From the sequence record MW250785: DNA of 64,000 nt, one strand, 5' to 3'. Source of the stretch: Escherichia phage UPEC03. The notes under the pieces were generated by a model that searched no databases, had not been told where the DNA came from, and saw only the letters and a program-made list of their open reading frames with translations. The stretch's first letter is position 1. Each line of letters begins with the position of its first letter. Position numbers and translations under genes: made by a program. Below are positions 44,692 through 55,512 of this stretch, one piece after another.

Positions 44692-46454
44692 AATACGGTG
44701 GAAATAAATACTCCCCTTTCTTTGAGGGGGTGGTCGAAGAAGTCGATGATCCTCGTCTATTGGGGCGTGTTCAGGTGCGTGTATTCGGTGAGCATCCGGC
44801 ACAGAAACAAAAATCTGAAACTATCGGTATTCCGGTTGAGGAATTGCCGTGGATGATGCCTATTCAGGATATTCGCAGCGCCGCTATTTCTGGTGTTGGT
44901 TTTTCCCCGACTGGTATCACGCGCGGTAGTTTCGTTATCGGTTACTGGCGCGATAAATGGCACCAGGACGGCGTTATACTGGGAACCTTTGCGGGTGAGT
45001 ACCGAGAGAAGCCGGACACCCAGAAAGGCTTCTGTGACCCGTTTGGTGAGTATCCTCGTTATGTAGGTAACGATGTCAACGTACTGGCTCGCGGTGGCGC
45101 AGAGGGGCGCGGTTCTTCAAGCGTGATTATTCGTGATGCTAACAGTTCGTTAGCTGTCAATCCAGATGATCGCCCACTTGACGAGATCCCAGAAGATAAC
45201 CGACCTGATACTGGTGGGTTTACGATAGAAAAAATGATCCGTGGTGATGAAGGTATTAGATTGACGTGGTATTATGATGTTAAAGGTTATACCATCGGGA
45301 TCGGGCACTTTTTCTTAACCGCACCACAAGGAACAGACCCAGCAGTTGTTAACGCTGCGTTATCTAAACAAATTGGCAGAACGGTTACTGGTGTTCCTGG
45401 ATCAATCACTGCTGATGAAGCGAGTGTTTTATTTCAGCAGGATTTAGCTAAAGTTCATAACGATATTCAGAATAATAGCAAAGTTCGCGAAGTGTATGTG
45501 ACGTTAAACCGTCCTCGTCAAATGGCTATTGAAAATATGTGCTTCCAGATGGGTGTTGGTGGTGTCGCCAAATTTACGAATGCTCTGGCTGCTATGAAGC
45601 GTCAGGACTGGCAAACCGCTTACAACGAACTGCGAAACTCTACATGGGCTAACCAGACGCCAGGACGTTCTTCACGCGTATCTAAAATCGTTCTGACGGG
45701 CAACCTTGAATCATACGGTGTTCAGGTTCCAGATCCAGAAGGGCGTTCATTGAGTGCTGCTTATAATGCGGTGGTTCTGCAAGCAAGCAACCCAGAAGAT
45801 CCTTTTGTTCCTGGTGATACCCGCGTAATGTTCGAGGAACCTAAATCGGCATACGCTGCTGCATATCCATACAACATGGTATTCGAATCCCGTTCTGGAC
45901 ACATTCAGGAATTCGACGACACCCCAGGCTTTGAGCGTTACAACCGCGTTCACCCAGCAGGATCATACGAAGAAATTCGTCCTGATGGAACCCGTGTTGT
46001 TAAAATCGTTGGTGATGATTATCAAATCGTCATGCAAGGCCGTAAATTAAACGTCAAGGGTAATTTGCAGGTTGTTATCGAGGGTGATGCGTTCATTTAC
46101 AATATGGGTAACGTTCAACAGACCGTTGATGGTAACGTGACCGAGTTCGTGCGCGGTAACGTGAATCAAACCGTTGAAGGTGAATATTTGGGGCTGATTA
46201 AAGGCAACGCAGAATTAACCGTTGAAAAAGATGCAACCGTAAACGTGAATCAGAATTTAATGGCTAACGTTAAACAGAATGCAACCGTTGCCGTAACTGA
46301 GGATGCAACAATTACCGCAAAAAATGCTCTGATTGATATTGAGCAAGATTTGGATATTGGCGCACGTAATATCAACATACGAGCATCGAATAATACTTTC
46401 ATTGATTCCGGCGCACTGACTAAGATCACTGGCGGAACAGTCCAGGTAGGTTAA
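44688..46454 (+). CDS. 5: Baseplate hub subunit and tail lysozyme gp5
   Basis: Central T4-lysozyme-like domain (DEGIRLTWYYDVKGYTIGIGH, MCFQMGVGGVAKFTNAL, WANQTPGRSSRV); C-terminal beta-helix repeats (VxGNxxxxV). Confidence 0.9.
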   Translation: MKYGGNKYSPFFEGVVEEVDDPRLLGRVQVRVFGEHPAQKQKSETIGIPVEELPWMMPIQDIRSAAISGVGFSPTGITRGSFVIGYWRDKWHQDGVILGTFAGEYREKPDTQKGFCDPFGEYPRYVGNDVNVLARGGAEGRGSSSVIIRDANSSLAVNPDDRPLDEIPEDNRPDTGGFTIEKMIRGDEGIRLTWYYDVKGYTIGIGHFFLTAPQGTDPAVVNAALSKQIGRTVTGVPGSITADEASVLFQQDLAKVHNDIQNNSKVREVYVTLNRPRQMAIENMCFQMGVGGVAKFTNALAAMKRQDWQTAYNELRNSTWANQTPGRSSRVSKIVLTGNLESYGVQVPDPEGRSLSAAYNAVVLQASNPEDPFVPGDTRVMFEEPKSAYAAAYPYNMVFESRSGHIQEFDDTPGFERYNRVHPAGSYEEIRPDGTRVVKIVGDDYQIVMQGRKLNVKGNLQVVIEGDAFIYNMGNVQQTVDGNVTEFVRGNVNQTVEGEYLGLIKGNAELTVEKDATVNVNQNLMANVKQNATVAVTEDATITAKNALIDIEQDLDIGARNINIRASNNTFIDSGALTKITGGTVQVG

Positions 46455-46456
46455 TC

Positions 46457-48547
46457 ATGATCATGGATTACGAAACCATCATTGATGGGATTATGCAAAA
46501 TTTTCAGCATCCTTGCGATGCTGAGATCCCCGCTGGATATTACCGACGCGTTATCTGGCAGGGACACACAGAAAATTACCCCGCTGTTGGGGTAGAATGG
46601 GCGACCGAAATCATCCCGATCGGAACTCACCTGTATACGAGTTCCCCTTTCGGGCAGAAAAGCGATCCGCTTCCGGTGGTGAACTCTCCAAACGTACCCA
46701 CAAACCCAGATGGAAGCCCTGGAGTTTCTACTGATATTCTGGTTACGAAGATTGGTTATTATTTCGCCAGTCAAGCGGATATTGATGCCTATATCACATC
46801 GATCGGGGCTACGAAGCTCGCGGGCAATGACTGGTACGGGGCTGATTTGTCAAAAGCGAATCTGTTCAAGAACCCTGGCGAACTCGCAATGTACAAGGCG
46901 GAAAACTCCGGTGGTTACTTGCTAACTTCCGGCCCCCGTTGCGATCAGCGAATCCGACAGGTATACAATCAGACTACAGGCGCATTTACCAGCATTGATT
47001 ATTACTGGAATGGCAATCGTATTGCTTACATGAAACACGACGAATCCCCAGCGCACCAGTGCAAGTATACAGGGATGTCAGTAAACACGAACGCAGATAC
47101 CAGTATTCCTCCGGTTCCTCCGGCTCTCCCGTCAACGTATGGGGCGCTACCGAGTGAGATCTCTTTGTTGCGTTCTGCTCGTTCTGGACTGGGTTGTATT
47201 CCGGCGACCGTAGGCTTTGCATACACTAACATTAGTGATGCTATGTTGTCCGCATGGAACGAGACTCGTAAAACGTTCAAGCTGGCTTTTGATATGCTGA
47301 CGGGTACGATTAAGAACGGTACGGGCATTGCGACGATGTTTGACGGGCTTTCGATCGGGATGGAAGAAATCACAGCGGGTGCTCTGGCATTGTCACAGCA
47401 AGCATGGCAAACCGCAATGAAGGTATTCCGACAGATCATTAGCTCTGCGTTTAACATCGTGGGCGGGGCGTGGGATTTGATCAAGAATTTCCTCCCGACT
47501 GTTGCGATCATGGGTGTTGCGATCAACATTTACGATCTGGTGTTTGGTGATAGTTCGGTTCAATCCCTGAAAGATTCTTTCCAGTCTCTGATTGATTCCG
47601 GCGCACAGACGTATGAAAGCGTCATAAACGCAATATACGGGGCTATAGGCAGTTCTTACAACTACGCCGTTGAATACGTCAAGGCTGGCGCTCGCGACCT
47701 TGTAGACGCGTGTAGCGCGTTATTTGACTGGTGTTTGACTATGTTCCAAAATGGTTGCGTTGCTTTGGTGGATTTGTACGGGCGTATGATGCAGATCTGG
47801 TCAATGCCTCCTGAAACACCAAACCCGCTTTGGTCTGCGGTGTTGGCTATCCGTAACATCATGCGGCAGATTAAACCACTTGATGTGATTCTGGGCGGTA
47901 ACTTCCCAGGGTTTACAGCAATGGATCTGTATCAGCAAGCACAGGTCAAGGTTAAAGCAGTTATCGATGCATCATATGCGCAGATCTCCGCATTGTATGA
48001 ACAGGCGCAAGAAGTTTACAAAACCTTGACTTCTCAGACTCAGGAAAGGGATTCGATTAAACGTAAGTTCGACCAGTACCTTAACTGGATGTGGGAACCT
48101 GTAACTGAAATGGCTACCGCTGCTTATCAGGCTTCACTCGATGCAGCAAACGCGGCTATTGCAGCGACTAAGGCAACATATGAGGGCATCAAGGCGCAGA
48201 TCGCATTGTTGCAGGATGGATTGAAAGACACCTACAGCATGGCGATGGATGAACTCAAGAAACTTCCTGTAATGGCTCAGATTAACCAGTTCTTAGGTTA
48301 CTGTGGGGTTGCATTCGATGACCTGTTAAAAACGTATGACAACGCACTGACGGGCGCTAAATCGCTATACAAAGACTTTGTTGACAGTTCCAGATCGTTT
48401 AAGGATACATGCAAAGTAATATATAACCAGATTTGTACGCTTGCCCTAAGTAAAGTGACTCAATATGTTAACAAGCTATTGTCTCTGATTGGACTTGCGA
48501 TCACTTTCGGTTCGATTAGTGTTTGCGTCCCTATGGTTCAATACTAA
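46457..48547 (+). CDS. Hypothetical 696-aa protein between gp5 and gp6 with hydrophobic helices
   Basis: ATG 2 nt after gp5 stop; hydrophobic segments (NFLPTVAIMGVAINIYDLVF; C-terminal LLSLIGLAITFGSISVCVPMV) and long helical A/Q-rich region; no PAAR motif seen. Confidence 0.6.
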   Translation: MIMDYETIIDGIMQNFQHPCDAEIPAGYYRRVIWQGHTENYPAVGVEWATEIIPIGTHLYTSSPFGQKSDPLPVVNSPNVPTNPDGSPGVSTDILVTKIGYYFASQADIDAYITSIGATKLAGNDWYGADLSKANLFKNPGELAMYKAENSGGYLLTSGPRCDQRIRQVYNQTTGAFTSIDYYWNGNRIAYMKHDESPAHQCKYTGMSVNTNADTSIPPVPPALPSTYGALPSEISLLRSARSGLGCIPATVGFAYTNISDAMLSAWNETRKTFKLAFDMLTGTIKNGTGIATMFDGLSIGMEEITAGALALSQQAWQTAMKVFRQIISSAFNIVGGAWDLIKNFLPTVAIMGVAINIYDLVFGDSSVQSLKDSFQSLIDSGAQTYESVINAIYGAIGSSYNYAVEYVKAGARDLVDACSALFDWCLTMFQNGCVALVDLYGRMMQIWSMPPETPNPLWSAVLAIRNIMRQIKPLDVILGGNFPGFTAMDLYQQAQVKVKAVIDASYAQISALYEQAQEVYKTLTSQTQERDSIKRKFDQYLNWMWEPVTEMATAAYQASLDAANAAIAATKATYEGIKAQIALLQDGLKDTYSMAMDELKKLPVMAQINQFLGYCGVAFDDLLKTYDNALTGAKSLYKDFVDSSRSFKDTCKVIYNQICTLALSKVTQYVNKLLSLIGLAITFGSISVCVPMVQY

Positions 48548-48551
48548 ATAC
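48545..48551 (+). promoter_or_regulatory. Candidate late promoter (CTAAATA) upstream of gp6
   Basis: aCTAAATAcc about 20 nt upstream of the gp6 ATG. Confidence 0.3.
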
Positions 48552-48570
48552 CCGATAAAGAGGGGTAATA

Positions 48571-50481
48571 ATGGCTACTTTAAAGAAACAAATTAATCAG
48601 ATCCCCGATATTTTTGTCGGGGCTACTTTCGAAGAAATCAAAGCGGACTTAATTAACTGGCTCCGTGGACAAGAAGAATTCAAAGACTACGATTTTTCAG
48701 GCTCGCGTATGAACGTGCTTGTGGATCTGCTGGGTTATGCTACTCTGTACATTCAACAGATGGGTAACACTGCACTGTTCGAATCGTTTATTCGTACTGC
48801 GGCGCTTCGTAGCTCTGTTGTGCAACACGCTCAAGATTTGGGCTATATGCCGGATTCCCGTACTGCTGCAAGCACTGCGATCATGGTTACTGCTAAAAAC
48901 CCACTGAACCCGACATCGATCCGTATTCCGCGCGGTACGAAATTCATCGGTACAGTAAAACAGACAAACAGTTTCCCGTTCGTCGTATCTGATGACGTGG
49001 TTATCGTTCGTGACAAAGACAACAACTATGTTTCTATGCTGAACATCGTTCAGGGGCGTTTAGTACGTACCGAAGTCATCTTCGACGGCTCTACTATCCT
49101 GATTCGAGATCCAAACATCGATCGTAGTCAGGTTCGCGTTACTGTTAACGGCGCACAATGGGATGACTGGACGAATGAAAGTATCGTAAACGCCACGGGC
49201 GCATCAACAATTTTCTATATGCGTGAAACTGTGGACGGACACACCGAAGTTTACTTTGGTGAAGGTGAAACAAGCCAACAAGTCGCGGGTGGTGCTCTGA
49301 CTGCTGATTATATCGGTGGTCTGAAACCAGCAAACGGATCAACTATCGTTATTGAATATATTTCGACGAACGGAGAAGATGCTAACGGTGCTGAAAACTT
49401 TGTTTACGTGGATACGCTGACAAACATTAGCATTACCAGCATCACCGAAAACCCTACAGATTCCTCTGATTATGTCGGTGCTGATGGTGGTGGCGAACCG
49501 GAGAATATTGAACGTATTCGTGAACTGGCTCCGATCATGCGTGAGACACAGCGACGTTGCGTTACTGCATCGGATTATGAATCGTTCTTGTCACACCGTT
49601 TCGGTTCTGTTATTCAGGCGGTTCAGTGTTTTACCGATAGCGAGAAACCTGGTTATGCATTCATTTCCGTTAAGCCTAAATCTGGTTTACGGTTGACTTC
49701 TGTACAAAAAGAAGACATGCAAAACTATCTTGCGAAGTATAATCTTGCGACGATCACGCCGTCTATTCTCGACCCGAACTACTTGTATATTGTACAAAGC
49801 ATCAAAGTAACGTATGATATCAGCAAACTCGTTGAGTCGGAAGAATGGTTGCGCGGTCAGGTAATCACAGCGATTGATAATTACTATACTGATAACGTTG
49901 AAATTTTCAACAAATCATTCAGTAAGTCCAAAATGTTAACCTATGTTGATAATGCGGACGTGTCGATCATTGGTTCCTCTGCTACGATTAGCCTGTTGCG
50001 TGAACTGGACAACTACTACAGCGCCCCAATGTCAGGTATTCACTTCCTGAACCAAGTAGCGCCGCGCAGTATTGTTTCGAACGGTTTCAAGTACACAAAC
50101 GCCGCTGGTGATTCGTATAACGTTCGTTATGCGTCAACCGCTGCCAACAGTTCTGGACGGGCAAAAATCGTGATTGGGCCTTTCAAAAACGGCGATATCG
50201 CTATTACTGCGTATACAGGAACCGATTTTAATAAATACCCAGGAGTCACGGATCGTACTAAATATTACGAAGTCGGATATGCGGAACACTACACTGATTT
50301 CATTAGTTTCGATCTGGGTGTGCTTAACGTCCCTGCTGAACGCTTTAGCGCTGCATACATCGAACTGACAGCAACACCGTTAGAAGAAACTATTTTCACC
50401 CGCGATGGTTCCTTGATTGTATTTGAAAACGATCTACGTCCTCAATATACAACGCTGACGATGAACCCGATCAGTCAATAA
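48571..50481 (+). CDS. 6: Baseplate wedge subunit gp6
   Basis: N-terminal IPDIFVGATFEEIKADLINWLRGQEEFKDYDFSGSRMNVLVDLLGYATLYIQQ closely parallels T4 gp6; 636 aa. Confidence 0.85.
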   Translation: MATLKKQINQIPDIFVGATFEEIKADLINWLRGQEEFKDYDFSGSRMNVLVDLLGYATLYIQQMGNTALFESFIRTAALRSSVVQHAQDLGYMPDSRTAASTAIMVTAKNPLNPTSIRIPRGTKFIGTVKQTNSFPFVVSDDVVIVRDKDNNYVSMLNIVQGRLVRTEVIFDGSTILIRDPNIDRSQVRVTVNGAQWDDWTNESIVNATGASTIFYMRETVDGHTEVYFGEGETSQQVAGGALTADYIGGLKPANGSTIVIEYISTNGEDANGAENFVYVDTLTNISITSITENPTDSSDYVGADGGGEPENIERIRELAPIMRETQRRCVTASDYESFLSHRFGSVIQAVQCFTDSEKPGYAFISVKPKSGLRLTSVQKEDMQNYLAKYNLATITPSILDPNYLYIVQSIKVTYDISKLVESEEWLRGQVITAIDNYYTDNVEIFNKSFSKSKMLTYVDNADVSIIGSSATISLLRELDNYYSAPMSGIHFLNQVAPRSIVSNGFKYTNAAGDSYNVRYASTAANSSGRAKIVIGPFKNGDIAITAYTGTDFNKYPGVTDRTKYYEVGYAEHYTDFISFDLGVLNVPAERFSAAYIELTATPLEETIFTRDGSLIVFENDLRPQYTTLTMNPISQ

Positions 50482-50485
50482 TTTC

Positions 50486-50517
50486 AACCCCTGTCATCCG
50501 GCAGGGGTTTTTTGTTT
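50486..50517 (+). terminator. Intrinsic terminator after gp6
   Basis: AACCCCTG-TCATCCGG-CAGGGGTTTTTTGTTT. Confidence 0.6.
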
Positions 50518-50518
50518 G

Positions 50519-50525
50519 CTAAATA
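50519..50525 (+). promoter_or_regulatory. Candidate late promoter (CTAAATA) upstream of gp7
   Basis: gCTAAATAtg about 36 nt upstream of the gp7 ATG, immediately after the terminator. Confidence 0.35.
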
Positions 50526-50561
50526 TGGGATATAAGTAAAACGCAAATTTGGAGAAACATA

Positions 50562-53500
50562 ATGATTAAAGCGCCGTCAATTACCAGTTTGCGCGTTGAT
50601 AAACTGGCTGCTAACTTCGTATATTTGAAGTGGGATAGCGTAGGCATGGATTTCTACTACGTGGTAGAAATGGCTGAAACTCGCGGTGCGGGTGGTGCTG
50701 TGGTTCCAGATGATGAACTTACCTGGTTTCAATTAGGTTACGCATATCAGAACGAATGGTTTTCTTCTGACGTACAGCCCAACAGCTATTACAAATATCG
50801 CGTCATGGTTACGCATAAAGGCTTTGACCCGTCTGACTGGGTTTATACAGAGGAACTCTGGACATTCGATCTCAACGCATACACATATTCGACTATGCGT
50901 GAATTCACACCAAGTGATGCATTCATAAACGAAAAATTTTCAAAGAATAACAGAAACTACGTGAATTTTGATTCTGATGTGGTAATGGCGGCTCTGATGA
51001 AAGAAGACTTTGTGTTTTCTCCATTATACACCGACGTTTCACAAATCAGTGATAAAATCCTTACTCAAGAAAACTATCATGAGATCCAGGATCATATCGA
51101 ACACGTTTGTAACGACATTAACAGAACTTTCCTGGTAGCGTCAAACGGTTTGCTTTATCTGTTTGAACGTTTTCAGAACATGGCGAAGGTATCAAACGAC
51201 AAAGGGCAAACATGGCATTACTACAAGGCGTTTAACGACCGCGTAGGAAACCCTGTATCGCGCTCTGTTGCGTATCAAAGCCGAAACACAACCTATGTAC
51301 TGGGTTACGATCGTATCTTCTACGGGCGCACCTCAACAGATATTCGCTGGTCTGCGGACGATGTGCGATTCTCTGCTGATGATGTTACGTTTGCCAAACT
51401 GGGGAACCAGACGGGCTTAGATTTCGATGTAGACTCATACAACACGTTTGCTAAATTGCCTGGTAACGTGGCGAAATATGCCGAAGCAATGGCCTGTTCT
51501 GATGGCTGGCTCTATGTTGCTGCTAAAAACGTCATGCGTCGTATCGCTCTGAAACAGACACCGATCGATACGAACCCAAGTTCACCAACGTTCGGGGAAA
51601 AGATTTTCGATACTGTTAGCTATACAATCGTACCTGGTAATGATAAGATTGTTGTTAAGAAAATGGATGTTATGGACGGCATTCTGTACGCGCTTGTAAC
51701 GGGTGAGGTGAAAACTGCTCTGTTAGATCCAACAAAACCTGCTAACGTTAAATCGTCTACTGCATCCGGTGTGTATCAGTGGCAAGAAGACACTAAAACT
51801 TTTGTACGCCTGTACGGGAACACGGAAAAAGAACGTTTCTTCATTGAACATCAATACACCAATATGTCAACAAACGGTACAGAAATTTTCATTTCTGTTG
51901 CAAACTACAAGTATCCTGGAACTTTACCAGATCCAGAACTGGTGGTGGAAAACCCAGCGTTGGTTGATGCGGTGAAATATGATCTGCGTCCTGGCTATAC
52001 CTCCAGCCTTGCGATCAACTTCACGACGATTCGCGCACACATCGACGATCCTACTGTGTGGAAATTTGGTGCTCAGGAATACTACAACGAGGCAAACTAT
52101 AGTTGGTTCTTCCGCGATTCTGTTCGCACATGGATTACCAATGATAACCGCCCTCTGGTGGTGTACCCGAAAATAACGTATACGCTAGTTACTGATAGTG
52201 CTGGCACGTCATCATCGCTTCGTGTTAACCGTGAAGTGTGGGATCGTGGTAATGTGAAAATCTATATCAACAACATCAAGTTTACTGGTTTTACCAAGTA
52301 CACTAACGGTGTGTTACTGTATAAGAGTTCAGGCGAAATCATCGGATTTTATGAGTTGAGTTATCGCGCCCGTGACAGTTTAACGATTTTCTGGAAACCA
52401 GACAATACTTTGTTGATTGCTAATCTGATTCAGCAGGAACGAGAAAAACCATATACGCCAGATCTGTCTCCTGGTTTGATTGACCCAGATTTAAGCCATA
52501 TGATTACGCGCTTTGCGCCTCAAAGCTATCTGGAACAGCAATATTTCGAGAAGTTCGGGGAATATTATTTGCAGTTCGTTTCATTGGGTGAAAATACCTA
52601 TTATAACAAACTGTTGAACCTGATCAGGAACAAATATCCTCGCGAACCAAACAGCGTTGAATATCTCTGGTCGGAAGTAAACCGCCGTAATATCTACCTG
52701 GATAAATCGAAACGTGATCAGGTTGTTCGGTTCTTCGAATCCCGTGCGAGTGACTTCTATTCGTCAAAGGGTATCGAAACCAGTTACAAATTCCTGTTCA
52801 AAATGCTGTATAACGAAGATGTTACCGTTGAAATCGAAAGTTCAAACACTCTCGAATATGATATTTTGGTATCGTCAACGAATATCAGCCAGGATATTGT
52901 AGGCCGGACGATTTACACACCAACAGCAAGAGCTAACGTGACGTATATCGAACGCAACTATGAAAACGGACAATTACGCTGGTCAATGACTCTGCATAAC
53001 GTGATAGGAAACTTCCTTGAAGGTCAGGTTGTCAAGTCAGAAAAAACTAACTTTACTGGAATGGTTCTGCGTGGTGTTCGTGGTAAACAAATGGCGAATA
53101 ACTCGATCGACTACTTCAACCGTGGACGTTCGTACTATGTGATGAAAATTCGTTCGAATCTACCAGCATCCCGTTATAAGGATGATGTTCTGCGATTCGT
53201 TCACCCTGTAGGCTTCGGTTTTATTGGAATCACGATGTTGACTGTTTTCATTAACTCTGGTTTGTCTATGACGCATAGCGAAACGATTATTGATATTCTT
53301 CGAAATTATCGCTATGACAGTGGTTATCCGAAGTATTGGCCTGATCGTGTAGCCCGTCTTGATGGTAACGGAAATCAGACATTCGACCTCGTAACAGGAG
53401 AAGCATTATATGATGCACATCCTAAAGCCGGACAGCTTTTTGATGTTCCTCCTGAATATGATGTTGATGAACAACCGCTGAATGGTGTTTTACCTTCTGC

Positions 53501-53645
53501 GCGTCGATTTGATCAAAGTCCACTGTTCGATAGCTCTGCGGTTAAATACTCTCAGTTCCGTAACTTAGTGGAAAAACGATTGAAAGATGACGCTGGTAAT
53601 CCACGCGATCCAAATCCACCGTCACAAAGAAAGGTAGGAAAATAA
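50562..53645 (+). CDS. 7: Baseplate wedge initiator gp7
   Basis: 1027 aa (T4 gp7 is of similar size); position between gp6 and gp8. Confidence 0.7.
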   Translation: MIKAPSITSLRVDKLAANFVYLKWDSVGMDFYYVVEMAETRGAGGAVVPDDELTWFQLGYAYQNEWFSSDVQPNSYYKYRVMVTHKGFDPSDWVYTEELWTFDLNAYTYSTMREFTPSDAFINEKFSKNNRNYVNFDSDVVMAALMKEDFVFSPLYTDVSQISDKILTQENYHEIQDHIEHVCNDINRTFLVASNGLLYLFERFQNMAKVSNDKGQTWHYYKAFNDRVGNPVSRSVAYQSRNTTYVLGYDRIFYGRTSTDIRWSADDVRFSADDVTFAKLGNQTGLDFDVDSYNTFAKLPGNVAKYAEAMACSDGWLYVAAKNVMRRIALKQTPIDTNPSSPTFGEKIFDTVSYTIVPGNDKIVVKKMDVMDGILYALVTGEVKTALLDPTKPANVKSSTASGVYQWQEDTKTFVRLYGNTEKERFFIEHQYTNMSTNGTEIFISVANYKYPGTLPDPELVVENPALVDAVKYDLRPGYTSSLAINFTTIRAHIDDPTVWKFGAQEYYNEANYSWFFRDSVRTWITNDNRPLVVYPKITYTLVTDSAGTSSSLRVNREVWDRGNVKIYINNIKFTGFTKYTNGVLLYKSSGEIIGFYELSYRARDSLTIFWKPDNTLLIANLIQQEREKPYTPDLSPGLIDPDLSHMITRFAPQSYLEQQYFEKFGEYYLQFVSLGENTYYNKLLNLIRNKYPREPNSVEYLWSEVNRRNIYLDKSKRDQVVRFFESRASDFYSSKGIETSYKFLFKMLYNEDVTVEIESSNTLEYDILVSSTNISQDIVGRTIYTPTARANVTYIERNYENGQLRWSMTLHNVIGNFLEGQVVKSEKTNFTGMVLRGVRGKQMANNSIDYFNRGRSYYVMKIRSNLPASRYKDDVLRFVHPVGFGFIGITMLTVFINSGLSMTHSETIIDILRNYRYDSGYPKYWPDRVARLDGNGNQTFDLVTGEALYDAHPKAGQLFDVPPEYDVDEQPLNGVLPSARRFDQSPLFDSSAVKYSQFRNLVEKRLKDDAGNPRDPNPPSQRKVGK

Positions 53646-54638
53646 ATGGCTCAACAAAACATTTACCGTGCGGTTGTAACTGGTAAGTTCCGCACGGAAA
53701 ACATGATGAACTTTCGCGAAATGATCGGGGATGCCTCCGATCATAACTCGATTTATATGTCGATCGGGAGAACTGAACAATGGGCGGATAATGAATCCGA
53801 CCCAGAATTCGCGCCCCCTTATCCTAACGATGATACAGATGGTATTGTCGATATGTGGACGCATATGATCGGGATGACTAAAGTTCCTGGCGAAATGATT
53901 GATGCGATCGTTCCCCGTAAAGACTGGGGCGATACACGATATCCGAACCCTAAAATCTTTTACGTTAATGATATTGTGGTTGTCAACTCCGCTCCTTATA
54001 ACCGTACTGACTACGGTAAAGGATGGATGGTATATCGCGTTGCTGACGTTCCTGATATCGGTTCTTGCTCTATCTCCAGCATCACGGGGAAAGTTGAATG
54101 TGTGCGTATTGGTGGCGTTTGGACACCTACACACGAATCGATCGAACCTCCACGCGGAGAAGCGAACGGTATTGATATGGGCGACGGTTATATCTGGGAA
54201 TATCTCTACACGATTCCACCAGATGTTGTGATCAACCGTTGCACAAACGAACATATCGTTGTTCCGTTCCCGAATGAACTCGAAGAAGATCCGGTTCGCT
54301 GGGGTTACGACAACGTAATCAAATGGTATCCAGATATGTATGATTTGGTTTACCGAATGAAGGTTCACTCAATGCGATTCCGTGCGTATATGGATTCGTT
54401 GTTCTTCCCGCAAGCCTCTTTACCTGGGAACCGTGGATTCCGTCAAGTAAGCGTTATTGTAAACCCGCTACTTAAAAAGGCGCAACCCTCAGACCCAGAA
54501 GTAAAAGCAACAGGCCAGTATTACACACGGAATCAACTTGAACTGGATTCAGGACAAATGATCTATATGGAAAACCGTCAACCGATTATTCGTTCTCCTG
54601 ATCAGACCGAAGAAGTCAGTATTATTTTCGAATTCTAA
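53646..54638 (+). CDS. 8: Baseplate wedge subunit gp8
   Basis: IYRAVVTGKFRTENMMNF...FAPPYPNDDTDGIVDMWTHMIGMTKV parallels T4 gp8; 330 aa. Confidence 0.8.
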   Translation: MAQQNIYRAVVTGKFRTENMMNFREMIGDASDHNSIYMSIGRTEQWADNESDPEFAPPYPNDDTDGIVDMWTHMIGMTKVPGEMIDAIVPRKDWGDTRYPNPKIFYVNDIVVVNSAPYNRTDYGKGWMVYRVADVPDIGSCSISSITGKVECVRIGGVWTPTHESIEPPRGEANGIDMGDGYIWEYLYTIPPDVVINRCTNEHIVVPFPNELEEDPVRWGYDNVIKWYPDMYDLVYRMKVHSMRFRAYMDSLFFPQASLPGNRGFRQVSVIVNPLLKKAQPSDPEVKATGQYYTRNQLELDSGQMIYMENRQPIIRSPDQTEEVSIIFEF

Positions 54639-54648
54639 GGAAACCATA

Positions 54649-55512
54649 ATGGCATATCAAACAGGTAAAAAATTGATTGACGTGGGGCAGATCGGCAACC
54701 CGTCAACTGGTGATCCGCTGTATGACGGCGGTGTTAAATTAAACGAAATGGTAACGAACATATACAACGCATTTGGTGATGTTCGTCTGCTTAGTGCTAA
54801 TAATGGCGTTGGTACAATGTTGCTTCACGCGACTGGTTATTATCAAAAGCTGCCTCGCACATATTATTCAGGGAACCCGATCGAATTGGGTTCTTTGCAT
54901 GATATGGATACTTCTACAGGGCCGATTACAGTTGTTCTCCCTACGGGTAAGTTAGGTGAAGGATGCTATTTCATAAATAGTAACGGTAGCGTTTCTGTTG
55001 ATCGCCCTATTGTTTTCCGTCCTCAAGTTGGCGATGGAATTACGGGAGTACAGGATCAGCTTTACGTGACCTCCCCGTATACCCGCGTTATGCTGTGGTG
55101 TACGAAGAAAGAGGGTTCAGTAACTACATGGGATTATTCAGTAGAATCAATGTTCGGTTCTAAAACAATGCCCGTTGACGCTACCAAACTAATTTTGAAA
55201 GCATCATCTACCGCAATACCGTTATTTGGTTACAGTGAGTTCAGCGGCGCGAAACTTCTCGTGTATGCTGAAAATATGAGAGGTACAGTCACTAAAATGG
55301 CTGAAATTCTGTTAGGCGTGGATCGTGTCGCTCGAAATGTGTATTCAACTGAATATGCAGTATTGAAAAACAGCGACGATGATATGTACACGCTAAACTT
55401 CACTGTTGGCGCTGGTGATGTGGTATATGCTAACGTTCAATCCAAACTCGAAGATCGTATTAAGTTTACGATTAAAGCGATTGACACCATTAAATCAGGG
55501 ATCGCAGCATGA
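54649..55512 (+). CDS. 9: Baseplate wedge / long tail fibre attachment protein gp9
   Basis: KKLIDVGQIGNPSTGDPLYDGGVKLNEMVTNIYNAFGD...HATGYYQK parallels T4 gp9; 287 aa. Confidence 0.8.
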   Translation: MAYQTGKKLIDVGQIGNPSTGDPLYDGGVKLNEMVTNIYNAFGDVRLLSANNGVGTMLLHATGYYQKLPRTYYSGNPIELGSLHDMDTSTGPITVVLPTGKLGEGCYFINSNGSVSVDRPIVFRPQVGDGITGVQDQLYVTSPYTRVMLWCTKKEGSVTTWDYSVESMFGSKTMPVDATKLILKASSTAIPLFGYSEFSGAKLLVYAENMRGTVTKMAEILLGVDRVARNVYSTEYAVLKNSDDDMYTLNFTVGAGDVVYANVQSKLEDRIKFTIKAIDTIKSGIAA

